Shown piece by piece: positions 57,325 to 64,000 of a stretch of 64,000 nt of DNA (position 1 is the stretch's first letter; every line of letters starts with the position of its first letter). Position numbers and translations under genes: made by a program. The stretch spans positions 4,800,001 through 4,864,000 of the forward strand of contig CBDFJQ010000002.1 in assembly GCA_965248575.1 (NCBI GenBank), read 5' to 3'. Origin of the DNA: Planctomycetota bacterium. Lineage in GTDB: Bacteria > Planctomycetota > B15-G4. Under the pieces are notes generated by a model, which had not been told where the DNA came from, made no database searches, and saw only the letters and a list, made by a program, of their open reading frames with translations.

Positions 57325-57560
57325 GGAGCCATCATGCCAGCTCAAGGATCCCAAGAGCTGCAGCAATCGAGCTGGTTCTCGACGAGATCGAACGTCTCTT
57401 GAAGACCCCCGGGATGGTGGAGAACAAGGCTGAGAAGAAGACGGAAGCTGCAGCGCGCTGAGCTTTTCGACCTGCCGCCCGGCGTACACGACGTCGGCAG
57501 CCACGGAGCCGCTGGCGAGCGACCCCGTGGCCGTGATGGGCTGCGTCTGCGTCACAAGGT

Positions 57561-57773
57561 TCAGCTCGTTTCGAACTCGAGCTCGCCGACCGACCGGTTG
57601 CCACTCTCCTGCTGGACGATGATATCCAGGGCGTATTCGGTCTCATCGAAGAGGAATTGCTCCGGGATGCTGACCTCGGGTTTCTGTTCCGGGCCTTCCA
57701 TCATGAGCGTGAGCACGAGGTCTTCGCCGGAGACGGGGCTCTCGAACTCCAGCACGACGGTGTAGAAGGCCAA
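57561..57773 (-). pseudogene. Probable C-terminal remnant of a beta-sandwich (FN3-like) protein
   Basis: Gene-like codon use (VSIPEQFL..TEY.L.I...ESGN.S) but no RBS or signal peptide. In frame behind the stop codon of the upstream gene. Confidence 0.4.
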
Positions 57774-57806
57774 GGTGATCGCGACGGCCCGCTGCGGGCA
57801 CCTCGT

Positions 57807-58421
57807 TCATTCCAACCACGCGTGGGTCACGTATCCGTCGATGAACTTGATGACGGTGCTCTCCGATTCATCTTCGGATTCGTAGACCCAGCTCAGGGAT
57901 TTCTCATTGTTGCCCCAGGTCGTCGTGGGTGTGCCGTAACGCGCATAGATCTGGCCTGGAGACATGCCGAACACGCTGAGTGGCGCTGAATCCGTTTGCT
58001 CGCTGAGACTCTCGCGCAAGAAGCTCACCGCTTGGCGATCATGGTTGCGCGGGGTGCCGGGGCGCACGTGTCCAGGGCTGTGGGACGCCTCTGACACCGT
58101 CGTGATCAGTCGCTCACTGAGGGCATCGAAGAACTCGTTGAGTTCTGCCCTGGAGGGCGTTGCAGCTTCTCCGGCGCTGAGTGGCCGAGGGTCCAGGCCC
58201 AAGCTGCTGCTGTCTGCCCTGCCGTTGGCGTGGCCGCTAGAGGCGGACGGCAGTTCAAGGGCCCGACGCATCGCCGTCAGTTCACGCAGCAAGGGGTCGA
58301 GGTCGAAGTGGACCTCCGGCGCTGATGCAATCGCTGGGGCGCTCACGGGCGCGACCAGGAGACTTGCACAGAAGCCAGCTACCCCGCCGGCCAGCAAGGC
58401 GGCAACAATCTCGATCTTCAT
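57807..58421 (-). CDS. Membrane-anchored hypothetical protein with a SmpA/BamE-like C-terminal motif
   Basis: AAGG RBS, N-terminal TM and GMSPGQIYARYGTP...W.Y. Confidence 0.6.
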   Translation of the reverse strand: MKIEIVAALLAGGVAGFCASLLVAPVSAPAIASAPEVHFDLDPLLRELTAMRRALELPSASSGHANGRADSSSLGLDPRPLSAGEAATPSRAELNEFFDALSERLITTVSEASHSPGHVRPGTPRNHDRQAVSFLRESLSEQTDSAPLSVFGMSPGQIYARYGTPTTTWGNNEKSLSWVYESEDESESTVIKFIDGYVTHAWLE

Positions 58422-58721
58422 CCTTGGCCTCAGGTTCTTCGGGTATCCATTCGGCGGCCCGCTCGCGCGGGCTTGTGGCTCAGGAGCATAGCGATGCCTG
58501 TGGCGTGACGATGTCTGGGCTGGCCAAACAGGTGGTCGGCGCTGGGGCTCGCACGACAGGATAGCCGTGCTTTTCTCAATCAGCGCGGCCATGACGGCGC
58601 CGCTGGTCGCCAAGCGGGCCGTTCGTGTCAACCGAATGCTCATCCGGCTTGTATCTACGGGTGAGACCACTGGCGGGAACCGCCGGCCGGCTCGATAACC
58701 ACCTTTGCGGGGACTCCTCCC

Positions 58722-59057
58722 ATGAACATGGCCGTACTCATTTCAGCCGCCAGCCTCCTGGCCCTCAGTTTCCTTGTCTTCGTCGTCATGAGGTTTCGTG
58801 ATCAGCTGGTCCGGGAAGCTCAGCGCCTCGGCTATCCTTCGCTGTCGAGCTATCTCCGGGCCGCGCCGCGCACGGATGAGGAGAAGCGCGACGCCGTCAG
58901 CCTTGCCCTGAAGGGTCTCGTGCTCTGCATGCTGGGCCTCTTCTTTCCGCCCTTCCTGCTGCTGGGCCTCCTGCCCCTGTTCTACGGTGCCCGCAAGGTG
59001 GCTTGGGCGAGCCTGGGGCTGGGTCTCGTGGATGACGCTGATCAGACGGGCGTGTGA
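58722..59057 (+). CDS. Small membrane protein
   Basis: Hydrophobic segments; abuts the ECF gene. Confidence 0.6.
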   Translation: MNMAVLISAASLLALSFLVFVVMRFRDQLVREAQRLGYPSLSSYLRAAPRTDEEKRDAVSLALKGLVLCMLGLFFPPFLLLGLLPLFYGARKVAWASLGLGLVDDADQTGV

Positions 59058-59750
59058 GTGACACGGCTCACCCCCATGGAGCAGCAGCGTGAACAGGAGC
59101 CTGACCTGGCTGCGGTGCGTGCGGCGATTCTCGCCGTGCGCGGCGGGGATCGGGAAGCCTTCAGCAGGGTGGTCGAGTTGTACCAGCAACGGCTCTTCGG
59201 CTTGGCGCTGATGATGGTGCGCGAGGCCCAAGGTGCGGAAGAGGTGACGCAGGATGCCTTCGTGCGGGCCTTCAGTCGCTTGCATCTCTACGACGAAGCA
59301 CGACCGTTCTATCCCTGGCTCGCGACCATCGCCGTCAGACTCTCCCAGAACTGGCTCGGCCGCCGTGGACGCATCAACACGCGGGAGAAGGGGGGCGTCG
59401 AGGAGGTACGCGAGTCGGCCAAGACCGGCGACCCGGTGGACCTGCTCATCAGTGATGAACGGGGCCGGCAGCTCTGGAGGTCGGTGGCTGCACTCCCGTC
59501 AGGGGAGCGGACGGCAGTCGCCCTCTACTACCGCCAGGGCATGAAGGTCAACGAGGTGGCGCAAGCGCTGGGAGTGACAGCGGGCACCGTGAAGACCTTG
59601 CTCTTCAGAGCACGCAAGAAACTGCGAGGTGTCCTGGAGGAAGCTGACGATCGCAGCAGCGTTGGTGACACCCGCGCCGGACGACAACGACTACCACGGG
59701 ACCCGACCCCGGGGTCGATGACTGAGACTCCTTCGAGGCCCATTACATGA
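59058..59750 (+). CDS. ECF sigma factor
   Basis: AEEVTQDAFV.AF, F.PWL..IA and GTVKTLLFRARKKL. Confidence 0.9.
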   Translation: MTRLTPMEQQREQEPDLAAVRAAILAVRGGDREAFSRVVELYQQRLFGLALMMVREAQGAEEVTQDAFVRAFSRLHLYDEARPFYPWLATIAVRLSQNWLGRRGRINTREKGGVEEVRESAKTGDPVDLLISDERGRQLWRSVAALPSGERTAVALYYRQGMKVNEVAQALGVTAGTVKTLLFRARKKLRGVLEEADDRSSVGDTRAGRQRLPRDPTPGSMTETPSRPIT

Positions 59751-60148
59751 TCACGCGCGACATCGACCTGATGGAACTCCCCGAGCCCGTCATGCCACGT
59801 GGATTGTCCCGGGGCATCCAGGACAGCCTCGCCGACGTTTCTGGGGCTGCTCAAGAGTCAGCGTCCGCCCCATCAGCGGCGCACGATGGGTCAGCCAGGG
59901 CTCGTACTGTCCGCTTCTTCTGGGTGCTCGCGCTGCTCGGTCTCACTCTCGCCGTGGGGGCGGAGGTCTATCGCGTCCTGGTGGGGGAATCGATGACGGA
60001 CTTCAGCGCCGTGAGATGGAGAAGTCCTTGGGAAGGCCCGTGGAGCACGACGCCTTGGGGGCCAGCTTTCAGCGTGCTGATGGCCGGATCAGCGATGGCC
60101 GGCGTGGGGCTGTACGGCCTGTGTCGGGCCATGGGGCCCAGGTCCTAG
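59747..60148 (+). CDS. Putative anti-sigma factor (two TM)
   Basis: ATGA overlap with the ECF gene, LPEP..P.GL N-terminus and two hydrophobic helices. Confidence 0.6.
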   Translation: MITRDIDLMELPEPVMPRGLSRGIQDSLADVSGAAQESASAPSAAHDGSARARTVRFFWVLALLGLTLAVGAEVYRVLVGESMTDFSAVRWRSPWEGPWSTTPWGPAFSVLMAGSAMAGVGLYGLCRAMGPRS

Positions 60149-60203
60149 GGCATGGAGGGCCTAGGGCTTGCCTGGCGCCTGGCAACGGCCCGTTGTTCGC
60201 CCG

Positions 60204-60746
60204 TCAGTTGAGCACCACGCGCTCCAAGGCGTCGCCCTTGATCACGATGCTGTTGTTGATCCGGGAGAGCCAGAGGGCGCGGGTCTCTGGGTCCATGCGG
60301 GCCAGCTTCTGGGCGTAGGTCACTCGATGGAGGCCGTCATTCCCGCGCAGCAGCCGAACCAGTGCGTGTTGGTCGGCGCTCGCCTGGCATCCGGCGGTAC
60401 GCCACTCGTAGGAAATGCCGTATTCGTCCTGGAGAAGGGTCGTGAAGGTGGCGCCCGGGCAGGCTGCCAGGAGCTCGGAGCGAGCCTGCACGACGGACTC
60501 CGAGAGGCTGAGCTCCGAGTTCTCGAGGAATTCGATGGTGATTCGATGGGTCCAGAAGTGGAGTTGTTGGCCGACAGGGATGAGCTGGGTGATGGCTCCC
60601 TTGCCCTCTCCACGGTCATGGGTCTGGCCAAGGGTCCATGCGGGGCCGACGCCGGGCAGCTGGACCGTCTCAAGTGGTGTTGCGCAGGCAGCAAGGGTGA
60701 GGAGGGCGGGGAGAATGCACGCCCGGGCAACGCGGGATGGCCACAT
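60204..60746 (-). CDS. Hypothetical lipoprotein
   Basis: Lipobox LAAC, with a Cys pair in the mature part. Confidence 0.65.
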   Translation of the reverse strand: MWPSRVARACILPALLTLAACATPLETVQLPGVGPAWTLGQTHDRGEGKGAITQLIPVGQQLHFWTHRITIEFLENSELSLSESVVQARSELLAACPGATFTTLLQDEYGISYEWRTAGCQASADQHALVRLLRGNDGLHRVTYAQKLARMDPETRALWLSRINNSIVIKGDALERVVLN

Positions 60747-60823
60747 GATCTCGACAGCTCCGAATCTGAGTTGGGCAGCGCCACCCACACGGTCGACCCG
60801 CAGCCGTGACACCAGCGCGAACC

Positions 60824-62794
60824 CTACGCAGTGGCCGAGCGTTCGGCCACCGACTTCCGCAGAGCGTCGGCGATCTTGGCCAGCAGCACGTGCATCTGGG
60901 TCGGCTTCTGGATGACTCCGGCAAGGCCGGCACCCTGGAATCGATTGAGCATCTCTTGCTCAGTGAATCCGCTGCTCAGCACGACACAGACATCGCTGCG
61001 GATCTGGAGCAGCTCCGCAAAGGCCTCCGCCCCGTCGAGTCTTGGCATGTTCAGATCCAACAGGACGCAATCGATGTTGTCCGCTTCCCGACGGTAGATG
61101 TCGACGACCTCTTGCCCGTCGACGGCCTGCAGCACCCGGTAGCCAGCTTGTTCCAGCATGGCGACAAGCACTTCGCGAACGACCTGCTCATCATCGCCGA
61201 TGAGCACACACGCGCTGACTCCCTCCACTCGTTCTGATTGCGCGAGGGGGAGCTCGTCGGCCGAGAGGGTCGCGCAGGGCAGGAGCAGGCTGACCGTCGT
61301 CCCGGTGCCCGGCATGCTCTCCACCGTGATGGTGCCGCCGTGGCCACGAACGATTCCTTGAACGGCTGCGAGCCCCAGGCCTCGGCCGTTGGGCTTCGTG
61401 GAGAAGAAGGGGTCGAAGATCTTCGCCTGGGTCTCGGATGCCATCCCAGGACCGGTGTCCGTGACCCAGATGCTCACGTAATCGCCCCCCTCAAGGGGGT
61501 AATTGGGGTGGCTCAGTTCCAGCTCTTCGGCCGTGTACTGGGTCATCTTCGTGCCGAGGACGATGCTGCCTTCGTTCGTGCCGATGGCGTCGGCTGCGTT
61601 GGTGATCAGGTTCATCACCACTTGGCGCAGCTGGCTGCGGTCGGCGAGGACGCCCAGAGGGCTCGGGTGCAACAGGTAGTCCAGTGAGACCTTCTTGGAC
61701 ATGGCGACCTTGAGCAGGTCGCCCAGTTCTCTGACGAGGGCGTTGCAGTCCAGAAGTTCAGCGGACGTCGCTCCCCGTCCAGCGTAGGCCAGCATCTGAT
61801 TGCAGAGGTCGGTCGCCGAGAGGCTTGCCGTGACGATCCTCTTCAAGTTCAAGCTGGCATCTGAACCCTCGGGCAGCCTGATCATCGCGAGCTCTGCGTT
61901 GCCCATGATGGCTGCCAGGAGGTTGTTGAAGTCGTGCGCCACACCTCCGGCGAGCACTCCAACGGCTTCCATCTTGGTGGCCTGGCGTAGCTGGAGCTCC
62001 AGGCGATCTCGTTCGATGGCGAGACCCACCATGCGGGCGGCGATTTCCAGCACGTCGAGTTGATGCTGACTCGGCGAGTTGGGCTTGCGGTCGTAGAGCG
62101 CTATGGCTCCCAAGACATCGCCACCGGTGCTGGCGGTGATGGGGAAGGACCAGCAGGCGGCGACGCCAGCGATGTTTGCCGCCTCGCGCAGGTTCTGCCA
62201 AAGGGGGTCCGTGAAGATGTCCTCGACGACGACCGGGACACCCCAATACGCGGCCGTACCGCACGAGCCCACGGTTGGTCCGATGCGCAAGCCTTCGACG
62301 GAATGGTTGTACTGATCCGGAAGGCTTGGGCCGGCACCAACGGTCACATGGGTGCGTTCATCGTTCACGAGCAAGATCGAGCAGCGCAGCCCGTCGGTCT
62401 TTGCCTCGATGATGTGCACCATGGCTTCAAGAGTTTGCGTCAAGGTGGCGCGCATGGGAGCCATGCCCGCCTGCATCGGGTTGGGCGAGGGCAGCGGGTC
62501 CTTGTGTGGCACGCCCAACGCCACGACCTGATGGTCGTGGGTCCTGACACGCCACTCCAGGCTGATCCACTCGCCCTTGTGGGTTTGGTGCCGGGCTTGG
62601 GTTCGACCTTCGCCGAATTCCAACTTCTGCTGGAGCTGTTCTCTGTCATCCGGATGGATGCAGTCGAGCAGGGGTATGGGGGCGAGCGCCTCGCTGGTCA
62701 GTCCGAAGGCCTCGGTGAAAGCGGAGTTGACGCGCGAGACGGAGTTTGGCTCCAGGGAGCGCAGAATCATCGGTTGGTTCGAACGAGTGATCAT
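60824..62794 (-). CDS. Cytoplasmic hybrid histidine kinase (PAS-GAF-HisKA-HATPase-receiver)
   Basis: IHPDD (PAS), GSCGTAAY..ACWS.PI (GAF), LAGGVAHDFNNLL, NLITNA, DTGPGM, GRGLGL and LLDLNMP. Confidence 0.93.
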   Translation of the reverse strand: MITRSNQPMILRSLEPNSVSRVNSAFTEAFGLTSEALAPIPLLDCIHPDDREQLQQKLEFGEGRTQARHQTHKGEWISLEWRVRTHDHQVVALGVPHKDPLPSPNPMQAGMAPMRATLTQTLEAMVHIIEAKTDGLRCSILLVNDERTHVTVGAGPSLPDQYNHSVEGLRIGPTVGSCGTAAYWGVPVVVEDIFTDPLWQNLREAANIAGVAACWSFPITASTGGDVLGAIALYDRKPNSPSQHQLDVLEIAARMVGLAIERDRLELQLRQATKMEAVGVLAGGVAHDFNNLLAAIMGNAELAMIRLPEGSDASLNLKRIVTASLSATDLCNQMLAYAGRGATSAELLDCNALVRELGDLLKVAMSKKVSLDYLLHPSPLGVLADRSQLRQVVMNLITNAADAIGTNEGSIVLGTKMTQYTAEELELSHPNYPLEGGDYVSIWVTDTGPGMASETQAKIFDPFFSTKPNGRGLGLAAVQGIVRGHGGTITVESMPGTGTTVSLLLPCATLSADELPLAQSERVEGVSACVLIGDDEQVVREVLVAMLEQAGYRVLQAVDGQEVVDIYRREADNIDCVLLDLNMPRLDGAEAFAELLQIRSDVCVVLSSGFTEQEMLNRFQGAGLAGVIQKPTQMHVLLAKIADALRKSVAERSATA

Positions 62795-62849
62795 CCCGGC
62801 ATTCTCACGCCGCCCTGCCCGTCTCGCAAGCGGGCGGTCGAGAAGCGGA

Positions 62850-63230
62850 TCACTGACCCAAGGAAAGCACGAACTCCGCCAATCGACGGCGTGTTTCCAG
62901 TCCCAACTGGTCGTAGGCGGGCATGTCCTCACCGCTCAGGCGGTCAATATCGGCCGCCATGGCCACAGGGTCTAGGAGGTACTGGCTCAGCGAATCGACG
63001 GTCCAGCTGGACAGATGGGGCAGCAAGTCAGGGCCAGGGCGCCAGAACGAACTCGAGCCGTCCGCGCCGTGGCAGAGCGCGCAACGCTGGGTTTCGTAGA
63101 GCAGTGCCCCCGACTGTTCGTGGACCTCCATCTCCGTCGCGGGGCCCGAACAGGCCTGGGCAAACACGAGCGCGAGAGTTGTCAGCAGCAAGCAGGTTCG
63201 TGAGAGCGGGCGATTCTGGGGCGTCGACAT
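62850..63230 (-). CDS. Monoheme cytochrome c lipoprotein
   Basis: Lipobox AQAC, CALCH heme motif, GPDL and the distal Met ligand in MPAY. Confidence 0.85.
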   Translation of the reverse strand: MSTPQNRPLSRTCLLLTTLALVFAQACSGPATEMEVHEQSGALLYETQRCALCHGADGSSSFWRPGPDLLPHLSSWTVDSLSQYLLDPVAMAADIDRLSGEDMPAYDQLGLETRRRLAEFVLSLGQ

Positions 63231-63321
63231 GGCTGCAAGGCTGCGAAGTGGGCGCGGAGCGGTCAAGGGAGCTGCAAGGGCAGTCCTCCAAGGGCAATCC
63301 AGGGAGGGGTACGATCTGAGG

Positions 63322-64000
63322 ATGCCCGCACTCTCGCTGGTGGTTCTTCTCGGTCCCTACCGGAATCTCACGACCCTGACGGCGTCGACGCTCGCGTTGC
63401 ATCCCGAGGTGGTCAGCTTCAACCATGGCTACTTGCGCCTCTGCGAGTCGGGGTTGGACTTCTGGAATCGCGTGGACGACACCGAAGATGTCCTGGCCCG
63501 ATTCACGGACTGGGCGCTTCAGAACTTCACCAAGGGGGAGCGCGGTCCGCTGGGCGGGAACATCACGCTGTCCCACGCCTTCGATTCCGAGCACGGCGAA
63601 CTCTCCCGCCACAGGCAACGAGCGTTGGAGACGTCAGCTGATGAGGTGCGGGTCTTGGTGCTCAAGGAGAGCGGGCGCATCACCCGTGATCTGCGTGATG
63701 GTGGGTTCGACAACCTGCGCGGTATAGAAGCCCTGTTGGAGCGCTGGGGCAACCGCCTCAAGTTCGTTCGGCCGATTCGACATCCGTTCAAATGTGTCCA
63801 GTCGAATTTGCGATCCTCCCACCCGCATCACACCGACTTCGTGCGGCGCGGAGGGACGCGCACTGCCGTGGATGCGGCGAAGTTCCTGGAGTGGTGTGTT
63901 CGCGACCTGGCATGGTTCCTGGCACTGGAGGATCGCTTTCCAAAGCACTTCTTCCACTTTGGAGAACACCGCATGGCGGTCGATGAACTGCTGGCTTTTC
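63322..64000 (+). CDS. Sulfotransferase-like protein (3' truncated by window edge; absent from the ORF track)
   Basis: GAGG then ATG 63322: MPALSLVVLLGPYRNLTTLTASTLALHPEV (5'-PSB-like loop) and IRHPFKCVQS (3'-PB-like RxPxxxxxS). The frame stays open to the window end. Confidence 0.65.
   Translation, partial: MPALSLVVLLGPYRNLTTLTASTLALHPEVVSFNHGYLRLCESGLDFWNRVDDTEDVLARFTDWALQNFTKGERGPLGGNITLSHAFDSEHGELSRHRQRALETSADEVRVLVLKESGRITRDLRDGGFDNLRGIEALLERWGNRLKFVRPIRHPFKCVQSNLRSSHPHHTDFVRRGGTRTAVDAAKFLEWCVRDLAWFLALEDRFPKHFFHFGEHRMAVDELLAF

Overview
GC-rich bacterial chromosome segment with about 55 densely packed genes. I recognised no rRNA, tRNA, CRISPR array, transposase or phage genes. The content points to a Planctomycetota-like genome (inference): four ECF-type sigma factors, an ECF/Ser-Thr kinase pair, a sulfatase, sulfotransferases, and several secreted beta-helix and beta-propeller proteins sharing a ~120-aa terminal domain. 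The strongest hidden signal is an NrtA/TauA-type ABC transporter operon (5607-8277). Its substrate-binding protein is truncated in the ORF track because of an in-frame TGA at 5766-5768, in the motif GFLPVT-U-HLTC. That TGA is followed by a SECIS-like hairpin, so this is a candidate selenoprotein importer. Other points of interest: a shared ~120-aa domain found at either end of secreted proteins; a MocR/decarboxylase/YczE divergon with a visible operator; a kinase-TPR-pseudo-esterase fusion; a GNAT plus B12-radical SAM pair; and a sulfotransferase ORF running off the right edge. Gene starts were picked by eye and all products come from motif recognition, not database searches.
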